64,000 nt of DNA, taken from contig OZ024740.1 in assembly GCA_964016885.1 (NCBI GenBank), positions 271,808,001 through 271,872,000 on the forward strand. Direction: 5' to 3'. Every line of letters starts with the position of its first letter. Within the stretch, counting starts at the first letter, position 1. Shown one piece after another: positions 1 to 12,429 of this stretch. Both the position numbers and the translations under genes were made by a program. Under the pieces are notes generated by a model. It did no database searches. It had not been told where the DNA came from and saw nothing but the letters and a program-made list of their open reading frames with translations. The DNA comes from Eledone cirrhosa (taxonomy: Eukaryota).

Positions 1-1593
1 TGATCACAGCAGCTGGAGTTAGGGATAAATCCAAATTGCGAGGGCCGGATGAGGCTGTGAGAGCTCCAGAAGTTCCAAAGTGTTTCTCTAACCCAGGATT
101 CCATCAGTTTGGCAATACAGCTAGTAAGACTGACTGGACGATAGTTGACAGGTGACGTGCGGTTGCCCTTTTTGAAAAGGGAAATGACACTGGCAGTTTT
201 CCACTGCTCCGGAGTAGCACCATTGTTGTGACAGTATTGAAAGAAGAAAGAAAGCTGGTGCAAAAGGAAGTACCCGCCACGTTTGAGAAGCAGGTATGTA
301 ACACCATCAAGACCAGGGGAGGCATAGTTGCACTTATTCTTAAGGTGACGTCGCAACATTGCAGGTATAAATTCCATAGTTGTTATGGAATTTGATGTTA
401 GAGATGGTGGAGATCGTACATTCTCGTTTTCAACAGTAAAAATGCTTGCATAGCACTCAGCAATGAGTTCTGCGCATTCTTTGGGATCGTCAGTGATCTG
501 GCTTGTGTGGGGATTGCGAAGAGGACCAACTGGGGAGTGAGCTCTCTGCTTTGAATGTACATATTTCCAGAACACCTTACTGTCAGGATTGGTTGCTATG
601 CACTGTTCAAATTCAAACACTGCCTTTTTTGTCACTTGCTTGAGATGGTTGGAAGATTTATTCCGCTTTTTTCTGTTGGCATCTGATTTATGCAGTTTAT
701 ATTCCCGTTCAGCATTCCAACATTCTTTCCTGGCAAGTCGGATTGCTGAAGTTTCCCAAATTGCACTTTTGCGGTGGGTTTTTTTCTGCTTACGTGGCAC
801 TGATGCTGCACACGCTATCCATATGGAGTCCAGGGTGCTCTGGAGTAGTGTTCACATCTCCAGAGTTATATAACTGATGCCAGTTTAGGCACTGTAGCTC
901 AGTGTAGTACAAGTTCCAATCTGCTTTCTTCCAATCAAAGCAAGCAAATTGGAGATGGTTCTGGTTTTTGTTGCTGCCCGCAAGAGCCAGATTGGCAATG
1001 ATCATAGCATGATCAGAGTCGCCTAGAGGTTCCTCAGTAGTACAACTGATAACCACTTCAGGAGTAGTGGTGAAGAGCAGGTCCAAAGTGTTGTCACCTC
1101 TTGTTGGAGAGGTGACTACTTGTGACCAGTTTGAGTCCAGCACTAGCTCAAGGAAATCGTTTGCACTTTGTGGCCAACGAAAGGGTTCCCAATCGATCTC
1201 AGGATGATTGAAGTCTCCTGCAATAAACACATAAGTGGCTGTTTTCCTGGCAGCAGCTCTGAGGATATCGCAAAGCTGTGTGTCCTGATGGTAGTTTGGG
1301 GGGCGATACACACCACCAAGCAGAAGTGTTGATATGATCATACGTATGTCACAGAAAAAAATTTCTTCTTGTGATTCGTTCAAATCAATGCAAGGAATTA
1401 CCGAAAAGTTTGAACGAATGTAGACCATCACACCATCACCACGGCGATTAATGCGGTCCTTGCGGAACAGGTTGTATGCAGTAATGCTGAAAACCCCATC
1501 ACAGAGTAAAGAATGTGCCCATGTTTCTGTGACTGTGATGAAGTCTGCGTCGATGCTTCTGACGTAGGAGTTAAACAGATATGGGGGTTTCAC
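1..1593 (-). mobile_element. Degenerate CR1/L2-type LINE ORF2 fragment (APE endonuclease leading into RT)
   Basis: ORF 790..1593 has the APE motifs ITVTETW, YRPP, GDFN, LDLLF and SDH. It is frameshifted downstream, and an RT-proximal motif (SQFGF-like) lies near the window start. Confidence 0.85.
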
Positions 1594-1697
1594 TGTCTAT
1601 TGAGCAAAAGCCTATGAAACGGCCAGGGGAGTGGTATGAAGCCTTTCTTACTGATAGGATCAGTATATCAAGAACAGTGAAACAAGTAGATGATTAG

Positions 1698-1926
1698 TTA
1701 ACCTTTTAGCTTTTACATTACTCTATATATGTATTATTGTATTTTTGTGGTAAAGGTTTCATCTCTCATAATTATCTCACATAATATTGAATCTGTGGGA
1801 TTTTGATATTATTCATTTTGAGAACAATACCTTAACATAAGCATGAGCAGCCAGTTACGGCCAGTTTGAACAGGAAGTGGTGAGAGAATTCTGGCTTGAA
1901 TGCTGGTTTAAATGCTAAAGGTCTAA
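1698..1926. mobile_element. piggyBac-like MITE (TTAA target, CCCTTTAGCATTTA-type TIRs)
   Basis: Reads ttaaccttttagctttta...taaatgctaaaggtctaa. The same family occurs at ~5610, 10914, 11467, 12369 and 53936. Confidence 0.7.
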
Positions 1927-2140
1927 GGAAGATAGAAGGATCAGGCTTACCAAGAAGTTCAACACTTACCATATATACTCAAATATAAGCCAAGGAATAT
2001 ATGACCAAAAATATTGATGGTAAAATGGGAGGTTGGCTTAAATATGCCATCTAAACAATGTGTAGATTAGCTGCCTTGGGGTTTTGATTTTTGCCTATTT
2101 ATCAAATGTGAAATAAGAGGGAGGGGCTGGTTTATATTCA

Positions 2141-2985
<845 letters not shown>

Positions 2986-3116
2986 CTATTTAGAAAACAG
3001 ACAGTTACAGAAGAAGAGTTAGTTTAAACCAGTGATTTCCATTTATCATCATCATCATCATCATCATTGTCTTTCAACTTCCACAATCATCCTCAATTGA
3101 TTGCATTATAATGATT

Positions 3117-3547
3117 TCTACTATAGGCACAAGGCCAGTAATTTTGGGAGAGGGGAAAGTCGATTAAATTGACACCAGTGCATTACTGGTACTTTATTTT
3201 ATCGGCTTTGTAAGCACGAAAGGCAAAGTTAACCTCGGCAGGATTTGAACTCAGATCGTAATGGACCGTAACTCTATGCTGCAAAGCATGGAGTCCGACT
3301 CTCTACCGATACTGCCAATCCACCGCCCTGCATAATAATAATTATAATAATAATAATAATTGTTTCTACTTTAGGCACAAGGCCAGCAATTACCCAGTGC
3401 ATTACTGGTACTTTATTTTATCGACCCCGTAAGGATGAAAGGCAAAGTCAACCTCGGCGGGATTTGAACTCAGATCGTAAAGGGACGTAACTATGCTTGA
3501 AAGCATGGCGTCCGACCCTCTACCGATACTGCCAATCCACCACCCTT
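3117..3547 (-). mobile_element. Two tandem tRNA-derived SINEs (family A, octopus CORE-type)
   Basis: Minus strand reads ggcggtggattggcagtatcggtagag (A-box-like) ... gagttcaaatcc (B box) ... gcctttcatccttacggggtcgataaaataaagtaccag, followed by a (TTA)n tail. Confidence 0.85.
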
Positions 3548-3579
3548 ATAATATAATAATAATAATATTATAATAATAA

Positions 3580-3965
3580 TAATAATGAAAATGATTATGT
3601 ACATTGCTCAGGTGCACTACAACTAATCAAATGTGCATGTATATATAGTACATAGAATAATGTACAAATGTCAGGAAAGTGAACAATGTATGAGTAATGA
3701 TATACATGTGTGCATGTGAATGAAGGAAGAATATCAGGTGTAGTGTTGGCAAATTTCAGGAAGCATGAAAGTTTTGAAGGATGCAGTGACCCGACAGCTA
3801 ACAACTGATGCAGGTAGTTTTTTCCATGATTCAACAACACTGAGTGTGAAAAAATGTTTCCGAAAGTCATAGGAGTTGTGTTATTTTCTGATTTTGTAAG
3901 CCTGTCCATGGGTGTTAGACACATGCAATTCAAAAAGGTGCTCAGAGTTGTCTTTCAACTTCCAC
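3580..3965 (-). mobile_element. CR1-type LINE 3' fragment
   Basis: Homologous to 7980-8470, which encodes HDFRKHFFTLRVAEA, a typical CR1 ORF2 C-terminus. Confidence 0.7.
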
Positions 3966-4096
3966 AATAATCCTTCACTAATTACATCACCATCACATAT
4001 ACATATATATATGTAAAACACAAACAGAAATAACACAATCGGTACAGTATATGGAAGGAATATATTAGGTTAACACTTGAAATAGCAGGAAGAGGG

Positions 4097-4132
4097 TCTT
4101 AACGTTTCGGATGCTAGTCCTTCATCAGAAGA
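4097..4132 (-). ncRNA. Minimal type I hammerhead ribozyme motif (Penelope-like element type)
   Basis: Minus strand: TCTT-CTGATGA-A-GGA(CTAGCA)TCC-GAAA-CGTT-AAGA. Stem I is TCTT/AAGA and helix III is the palindrome AACGTT. Confidence 0.8.
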
Positions 4133-4255
4133 AAGAATGAGAAATAAGATAGATTGAAGGGATGGGTGGGGTGGAATTAGAAAAAAATGTCTTTAGATAA
4201 AAATAACAGGTCCATTCATGTTGACATCTCTTGAGAGAGAGAGAAAAAACATAAT

Positions 4256-4439
4256 TGTTTCTACTTTAGGCACAAGGCCAGAAATTACCCAGTGCATTAC
4301 TGGTACTTTATTTTATCGACCCCGTAAGGATGAAAGGCAAAGTCAACCTCAGCGGGATTTGAACTCAGATCGTAAAGGGACGTAACTATGCTGGAAAGCA
4401 TGGCGTCCGACCCTCTACTGATACTGCCAATCCACCGCC
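4256..4439 (-). mobile_element. Family A SINE with ~21-bp target-site duplication
   Basis: gagagagagaaaaaacataat occurs on both sides. Confidence 0.9.
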
Positions 4440-4504
4440 AGAGAGAGAGAAAAAACATAATAACATCACTGATGATGTCACAGGTGTGTAATGAAAGAAC
4501 TCTG

Positions 4505-4543
<39 letters not shown>

Positions 4544-4651
4544 CATTCAATGCTTTTGCTGTTATTATTGACATCAGTGGTACACTAATAAAAACAATAA
4601 AAGTTTATGACTAAAATATTTACTCTGAAATGTTTTGTGTTTTTTTCTTAC

Positions 4652-4738
4652 CTTTAGCTGTTCACTGAGGGAAGAACCAGATTGAAGATTTTCAAGTACT
4701 TTTTCAGCCCCTTTCTTCCAATAGACACTTCCATGTTG
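4652..4738 (-). CDS. XYLB: Xylulose kinase exon 5 (QHGSVYWKKGAEKVLENLQSGSSLSEQLK)
   Basis: 87 nt with AG/GT boundaries, phase 0/0. Contains the conserved FGGY-kinase (Q)QHGSVYW motif. Confidence 0.95.
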
Positions 4739-5531
4739 CTATTAAAATTAAGAAAATAATGAAGGAAATAAATTTTCTTGGGACTTTTCTTTAGGCATAA
4801 GGTAGAGCAATGCCTATGACTTTTTTCAGAGCTTCCAAGACTGGTGAGAATGAGAGAGGAAATTGTCTTTAAATCAAAGACCTTGCCTGAATATTTCCAG
4901 CAGAGTAGTCTCAGCTTAAATCACTCAAGGGCCAGAAAATAGTGCTAAATTGGGCAACTGTTTAAATCTATCATCTAGGTGGGCCACAACTGGATTTGAA
5001 ATTAGTACACAAAAGCTAGAACGAATATTACAAAGCATTCCCCACAACACTCTAATGAGTATCTATGGCAGCCTACCACCTTATAGACTGGTACTTTAGC
5101 AACCCCAATAGAATAAACAGCAAGGTTGACTTCAGCAGGATTTGAACTCAGAATGAAAGGAGCTGGAATAAATACCACAAGGCATATTCTACAATACTCT
5201 AATGTAGGTGGGGCCTTCCAACCAGTGAAATGTATCCTTTCTACAAGAAGTAAAAGAGTAGATATTCAATCTGGTCAGATAAAAACTGACGCATGTCATA
5301 GCATTCATTTGATAATAAATAATGTAAGTGATGTATATATTTGCCACCTCTGCCTAACCTTTCAGAATAGTTTTTCAGTCAAATGGGATTGGCAAGCCTG
5401 CTCATACCAATGTCACAGTTTGTATCTACCAAATGAGACTGCAAGCAACTTGGCAGGACCATTAATTCAATGACCCACAATGCTGGCTCATATGTTCTTT
5501 ATAATAAAAAATCATAATAATTTCTATGTTT

Positions 5532-5942
5532 AGAGAACAGTGAGTGAAGTTTGAAAATTGAAGTAGAAATATAAGGATTAGCTATAATATTTGACTAAAT
5601 AACATAGTTTTAACCCTTTAGCATTTAACCAACTGTATCCGACCAGAATTCTCTCACCTCTTTCTGCTCAAACTGGCCATAACTAACCACTCATATTGAT
5701 ATATAAAATACATGATGTAAAAATCTTATAGATTCGATATTGTGTGAGGTAAAGTCTTTACCATGAAAATATAAAGGGTTAATAATGGGGCATATAAACC
5801 CTCCAAACAGAAAAAGATGGGTTCCAGTACATGTGTACAGATACCCATCTTTTTCCATTCAGTGGGTTTATATGCCCCATTATTAAGACTATGTTATTTA
5901 GTCAAATATTATCGTGAGGCCTTATATTTCTACTTCAATAAT
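5532..5942. mobile_element. Fold-back MITE with long inverted arms, carrying a piggyBac-like MITE inserted at TTAA (~5610-5782)
   Basis: Left arm gaagtagaaatataagg..gactaaataacatagt..taatggggcatataaacc is complementary to ggtttatatgccccattattaagactatgttatttagtc..ccttatatttctacttc. Confidence 0.75.
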
Positions 5943-6184
5943 TTCTATATTTTGACACAAGAATGACTGATGAGAGGACAACATTACAAAGTCAAATTAC
6001 AAAATGGTGGAGTTTTATGCAATAATAACAATACGTGAATTTGTATATCTAGCAATATACTGTATGTTTGTAAACATACCATATATTGCCAGATATACAA
6101 ATTATGTACTTCATACACAGCTATGTTATAGCTAACACTCAAATAACAACAATGATAATAAAAGAGAAATAGAATATCACAAAC

Positions 6185-6265
6185 CTGGCCAGATCCAGAT
6201 ATGGCAGCAACTTTTGAAAAATCAAAGTTATCTGCCTTCAGTTTGTCTAAAAGAATCTCCAATGC
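6185..6265 (-). CDS. XYLB: Xylulose kinase exon 4 (ALEILLDKLKADNFDFSKVAAISGSGQ)
   Basis: 81 nt with AG/GT boundaries, phase 0/0. Confidence 0.95.
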
Positions 6266-6314
6266 CTAATAATAGTACAAAATAGAAATACACTGATAAT
6301 ATAAAGATGTTTGG

Positions 6315-6852
6315 AACACAGTGAGCGAAGTTTAGAATTGAAATAGAAAAAAAATAGAAGCTTTGCTGTAACATTTTGACTAAATAATTGTTTCTACTAT
6401 TGGCACAAGGCCAGAAATTACCCAGTAGATTACTGGTACTTTATTTTATCGACCCCGTAAGGATGAAAGGCAAAGTTAATCTCGACGGGATTTGAACTCA
6501 GAATGACAAGGGCCGTAACTCTATGCGTCAAAGCATGGCGTTCGACTCTCTACCGATACTGCCGACTAAATAATATAGTCTAATAATGGGGCATATAAAA
6601 CCACTGAACAGAAAAAGATGGGTACCAGCACACATAGAAATTGAACCCACACCTCTCATTTGCTGGACGAATATGCTACCATTATGTCAATGAACTCACA
6701 CAGTTTTTTCCATTATGCCAATGAACCCACACAGTTTTTTCCATTATTTTTAGAAGCTATAACTTAATAACAATATGTAAACAAAGGAAGTATGTTTGGA
6801 ATGCCCCATTATTAGACTGTTATTTAGTCTTCTATTTCTATTTCAATTCTAA
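6315..6852. mobile_element. Second copy of the fold-back MITE, interrupted by a family A SINE (6389-6563)
   Basis: Same arms as 5532-5942. The SINE is flanked by the TSD gactaaataat. Confidence 0.75.
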
Positions 6853-6994
6853 CCTGATTTCTTCTGATCAGACAAACAACTAACTTCAGTAAGCAGAGGA
6901 TTAGCAATACCTTTAAAATATATCAGACACTCATACATTTAAAATACGTTAAGATTAACTTTTACTCTCTGACCATGAACATATCTCCCTTATT

Positions 6995-7192
6995 TACCAT
7001 ATATGCTCAAATATAAGCCGAGAAATATGTGACAGAAAACCTGATGATAAAAAATGGGGTGCGTGCAGCTTATATACATCATCTAAACAATGTGTTGATT
7101 AGCTGTCTTGGCTTATAAATGGGGTTTGGATTTTTGCCCATTTCTCAAACATAAAATAGTGGGAGTCGGATTATATTCAAGTATATATGGTA
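6995..7192. mobile_element. pogo/Tigger-like MITE
   Basis: TIRs taccatatatgctcaaatataa / ttatattcaagtatatatggta. Related copies at ~1967, 54657 and 62558. Confidence 0.7.
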
Positions 7193-7783
7193 TATTCTCT
7201 TATCTAACTATCTACCCAACTGTTTATCTATCTAAATATTTACCTAGCTGTCTATAGCTATCTAATTATACATATTAACCAATGTAACTACTTTTGAACA
7301 AGAACAACAAAACATGAATCTCAATATTAATCGAAAGATAGATTGATAGAACAAAGTCATCAGAATTTAGTGGATATATGACGTTTGATTATGGTTAAAG
7401 AAAATATATGAGAAAATTATTGTAATCAATTGATTTATCATCAGCATCATCATCATCATTGTTTAACGTCCATCTTCCACGTTAGCATAGGTTAGATGGG
7501 TTTGTCCCATTTAGAGGCAAGTTGGGTTGGGTGACCGTGTCTCACTCATATAGGACTGTTTCTGGCTGGTTTTCTACAGCTAGATGCCCTTCCTAGTGCC
7601 AACCACATTTATAGTGTGTGCTGGGTGCTTTTTACTGTGTATTTTACATGACCACTTTACAGTGTAGGCTAGGGGCTTTTTGTCATGACACTTACATGAA
7701 TGTAATTGAAATATTGTGATGACTGGGTGACAAAAGAGAAAAGTTTTAAAAAATTGAGGATTTACACATCTTTATGTAATAAT

Positions 7784-7960
7784 TGTTTCTACTTTAGGCA
7801 CAAGGCCAGCAATTACCCAGTTCATTACTGGTACTTTATTTTATCGACCCCGTAAGGATGAAAGGCAAAGTCAACCTCGGCGGGATTTGAACTCAGATCG
7901 TAAAGGGACGTAACTATGCTGGAAAGCATGGCGTCCGACCCTCTACCAATACTGCCAATC
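7784..7960 (-). mobile_element. Family A SINE with 19-bp TSD
   Basis: cacatctttatgtaataat at 7765-7783 and 7961-7979. Confidence 0.9.
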
Positions 7961-7979
7961 CACATCTTTATGTAATAAT

Positions 7980-8470
7980 AATGAAAATATTGTGTACAGT
8001 GCTCAGGTGCACTACAACTCATCAAAAGTGTATGTATAGTACATAGGGTAATGTACAAACGTCAAGAAAATGAACAGTGCATGAGTCATGATATACACGT
8101 GTGCATGTGTATGGAAGGGAGATCAGGTGTAGTTTTGGCGAATTTCGGGAAGCCTGAGTGTCTTCAAGGGTGCAGTGTCTCGGCAGCTAACAACTGACAC
8201 AGGTAGTTTGATCTATGCTTCAGCAACTCTAAGCGTGAAAAAATGTTTCCGAAAGTCATGGGAGCTGTGCTGTTTTCTGACTTTGTAGGCATGTCCACGT
8301 GTGTTAGACACATGGAAATCAAAAAGGTGCTCAGGGTTGTTGTTGGCGAGATGGTTAATAACTTTGTGGGTGTTTACCAAGTCCATTGCCAGATGTAGGA
8401 GCTTCAATGAATCCATGCCCAGGGAAGCAAGGTGTTCAGAGTATGGTAGGTGTCTGATGGAGGGTATGCT
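7980..8470 (-). mobile_element. CR1-type LINE 3' end
   Basis: Encodes ...NTRGHAYKVRKQHSSHDFRKHFFTLRVAEA, followed by a 3' UTR and (ATT)n tail. Confidence 0.8.
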
Positions 8471-9201
8471 GTAGAAAGATTTAATTAAGGAAATATTGAT
8501 GAAATATTTTTTTTACTATAACCCCTGTCATTTCTGGTGGGTACTATACTAGTGTATATATATATATTGATAAATAAAGGATTTGATGGATATCTATTGA
8601 ATTCAAATCAATTTCCTTAACCATTCTTCTTAGCTATGTGCCAGTTCATCATCTATGCTAAGATTGTCAATTAAACTATCTAAATAAATTTTCTTTGAAT
8701 GTCTCCAAGAACAGATGTCACCCTCCTAGAAAACCTGAGCAGCTTCTTTGGTCATACGTCTTCATTCATACATTGAAAGGGAACATATTTAGCTATTTTT
8801 TCTTTATTTTACTAATAATACCTATAGTTTACTATACGAATAGTTGATGTTGATAGTTGCTGGAAGTCCTCTCTATGAAACAAAATGAGGAGAGGCTTCA
8901 TCAGAGCTGTAGTTGAGTCGGTTCTTTTGTATGGCTCCTCAGCATGGACAATGACACAAAGATGAGAGAACAAACTTGATGGGACATACACCCAAATGCT
9001 ATGTGTAGTGCTTAACAATCGAAGGCCTGAAAACAGCAAAGGAGAACAGGAACATCTGGAGAGAGAGAGTGTTGCCCTGAGCATTTCACCTAATCCAATG
9101 ATGATGACTAATAATGACTCATCAAATGTTAAACCTATTTTTTACTAACATACCTATTGTCCCTGTATACTTCAATGATTTAAATGGTTGTTTCTAATTA
9201 C

Positions 9202-9271
9202 CTGGATCCACATTAAAGTTGGGGCTGTCACTGTAACTCCATCTGAGTGAGAATATACACCACCAGTTGTC
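9202..9271 (-). CDS. XYLB: Xylulose kinase exon 3 ((K)TTGGVYSHSDGVTVTAPTLMWIQ)
   Basis: 70 nt with AG/GT boundaries. Phase 2 start matches the end of exon 2. Confidence 0.95.
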
Positions 9272-9414
9272 CTGTAATAAAAAAAAAATGATATAAGAAT
9301 TACTGAGATTGTTACAAAATATGTAGTTCATGGAGGACCCATACACACTACAATTTAGCAGCTACGGGTCAGAGCCATATAAACCAAGTGACAGGCAACA
9401 TAGCAGCTCGGGCT

Positions 9415-9995
9415 CAAAGATATCTAAAGTCTGTCTCAAGCCCGAAGGGTCATCAGGCCGGTGTTATCCCGGTTTTTGTGGCGTTAGGTGACTGAGAGTA
9501 CAAGACTTCCCCCTGGACAGGATATCAGTCCATCACAGGGTTAAATCCCCACCTATTGCTGGTACTTATTTTCAGCTGAGTATACTGGAGCAATGTGAAA
9601 TTAAGTGTTTTGCTCAAGAACACAACACACAACCCAGTCCAGAAATCAAACCCACAACATTATAATCGTAAGTCCAACACCCTTACCACTAAACCAAGTG
9701 CCTCCACCTATGTCAAAAGTTAAAGTCTTTCCCAAGCCCAGAGACTCATCAAGCCAATGTTTAACCTAGTTTCATTGGCGTTAAGTAACTGAGAGTACAA
9801 GACTTCCCCTTGGACAGGGTGCTAGTCCACTATAAGGTTAGCTCTCAGCTACTGCTGGTATTCATTTATAGCTGAGTATACTGGAGCAATGTGTGTTAAG
9901 CTCATGAACACAATATACCACCTGATTAAGGAATCGATTCCACAACATTATGATTGTAAGTCCAACACCCTAACCACTAATCCACTTGCCTTCAA
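9415..9995 (-). mobile_element. Two tandem degenerate tRNA-headed SINEs related to family B
   Basis: Both share the cagctgagtatactggagcaatgtg core and the gactgagagtacaagacttcccc block. Confidence 0.65.
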
Positions 9996-10856
9996 CTGCT
10001 ACTACATCATCATCATCATTATCGTCGTTTTAAAATCCACTTTCCCTGCTAGCAAGGGTCGAATGGATTCACACAGACTAAGTCACTACTGAAGCGGAGA
10101 CACTGACCCCCCATGCAGGCTAGGGATCTGTGTCTCACTTATGTACAATCTCATGTTCCACCAAGTGCACAGAAGACTTGGCAGAAGACACAACTGAGGG
10201 TCCTCCCAACCCTTTGTTTGGCAAGATTTTTATGGCTGGATGCCCTTCCTATCACCAACCACTTTACAGTGTTTACTTGGTGTGTTTATCATGTAGGTCC
10301 CCAAACAGTGGGAGGCTGTCATATCCTTGACACAAGAGAAGGGCCCTCCCAAAACAAAATCCCAAATGTGTCTCTGTAAAGTAGTGAACCATACACAGTG
10401 AGTAAAGAAAATCTATACCTTTTCAGTGAGTTAGTAGAAGTGTTAGAGTGGTGGATAAAATGCCTTGCAGTCTTTATTCTGGCTCTTTTTGTTCTAAGTT
10501 CTAATCCCACGAAAGTCAACTTTTCCTTTCATTTTTTTTCGGGGTAGGGTGGAGATAAATAGAGTGTTAGTCAAGGTTAGTGGGATTCGTTAGAATGCTG
10601 GACAGAATGTCTTGCAGTATTCGTTCCAGCTCTTTGTGTTTTGAGTGCAAATCTCACCATAGCCTACCAGTTACCATGAAAGGAATTAGATTTCCACCCC
10701 ACCATGGACACATACATAGTAAAACATTCATGCCATATAAGTGATCCATAGTATTAAACCTGCTGAGAATAAATGATGGTGGTGATGGTGATGATGAGGA
10801 TGAAGAAGATGATGATGATGATCCATGATATTAAACCTGCTGAGAATAGATGATGG

Positions 10857-10898
<42 letters not shown>

Positions 10899-11140
10899 CG
10901 ACGAACCAGTGTATTAACCCTTTAGCATTTACATTATTCTATATTTACTATTATATTTCACAGTAAAGGCTTTATCTCACATAATATCGAATCTATGAGA
11001 TATTATTTATTTTGAGAACAATAACTTAACATCAGTATGAGCAGCCAGTTATGGCTAGTTTGAACAGAAAGGGCGAGAAAATTCTGGCCGGATATGGCCG
11101 ATTTAAATGCTAAGATAGATGATGATTTTAAATTACTTAC

Positions 11141-11223
11141 TTAAAAGCAGGCACGTCTTCGTCAAATCTAACTGCATCTTCCTTGAGGATCACCAAGTTT
11201 TCATTAATGGCAATAACTTTCAG
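11141..11223 (-). CDS. XYLB: Xylulose kinase exon 2 (LKVIAINENLVILKEDAVRFDEDVPAF(K))
   Basis: 83 nt bounded by tttctag and gtaagt, phase 0/2. Confidence 0.95.
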
Positions 11224-12429
11224 CTAGAAAGATATTATTATTAAACAGGGAAAATAAAAATGGTACAAACAACAAAGTGTTGGTCAAAATGCATTACTCT
11301 TATTTTGTTTCTTTCACTGCAATTCTAGTTTCAGTCCTTGTGAATGCTGACTGACCAATCATCTTTCCTGAAGGAATTCAAATATAATAAGAATCAGTAA
11401 TGAACTTTAAAAAAAAATCCCTGTGAGCCTCATAATGTCTCATTTTTCTACTAATTTCATAGCATCAACCCTTTAGCATTTACATTACTCTACATATGCT
11501 ATTATATTTTCACAGTAAAGGCTTTACCTCACATAATACTGAATCTATAAGATTTTGATGTTATTTATTTTGAGAACAATACCTTAACGTCAGTATGAGC
11601 GGTTGGTTATGGTTGGTTTGAACAAAGAGAGGTGAGAGAATTCTGGCCAGATACAGCCAGTTTAAATTAATTATATTATGATTAGGTCAGGTTTCTGCCT
11701 GCTACTGGTATCATGTAATAGTACAACCAGCATCCTGTTTGAGTGGTTGGCAACCAAACTGGCTCCCCCGCAAGATCCTGGTCTGGTGAGGAGGGTAAGT
11801 AGAACTCCAGCAGATCAAAAAACAAGAGCTGTTAAAAGGACAGATGAATTCCTCAGAGTTAATGGCCATCTACTCCAACTATAGGTAAAAATAGCCTTAC
11901 CATATTGCAATTGGCCAAGAGTGGTGAGTATGGCTACACCCCTTGACATAACCAAAACCAAACAGAAAGTAGTGGGGGGGGGGTCAACCAGGGTGGGGTT
12001 CCTCCAACATGAGTGAGAAGGCCCTGGATTGGATTGGAAATTAATGATATAAAAATTTCCTTTTGAAAAAAATAAAAAAATAAAAAAAATAAAAAAATAA
12101 AACTTGTGTAAAACTGCCAGAATATCTGCTAGGTTGAATATATAGCTGACCATACTGTGTGTAATTAAAACTTGATAATAATATTGGTGCTACTATTTTA
12201 TCTTTTACTTCTAGTTGATTAAAAGTGAGTTTGGATTATTGATGAACATGTGAAACCATTGTATCAAAGAGAGATTACCAATGCTAGTGCAATTATGGCA
12301 TCTTTTGCCTAATATTATCAAAAGTACTATTTGTTGGTCAGTCCAATAGTTTGATCTCAGTTACTCACTTTAACCCTTTAGCATTTAAACTGGCCATATC
12401 CATCCAGAATTCTCTCACTTCTTTTATAT

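Noticed and set aside
1600-1690. Possible U2 snRNA fragment or type II hammerhead at the LINE 5' side
   Set aside because: Only 7-8-nt matches to U2. The core reads CTGATAG rather than CTGANGA and the stems are poor.
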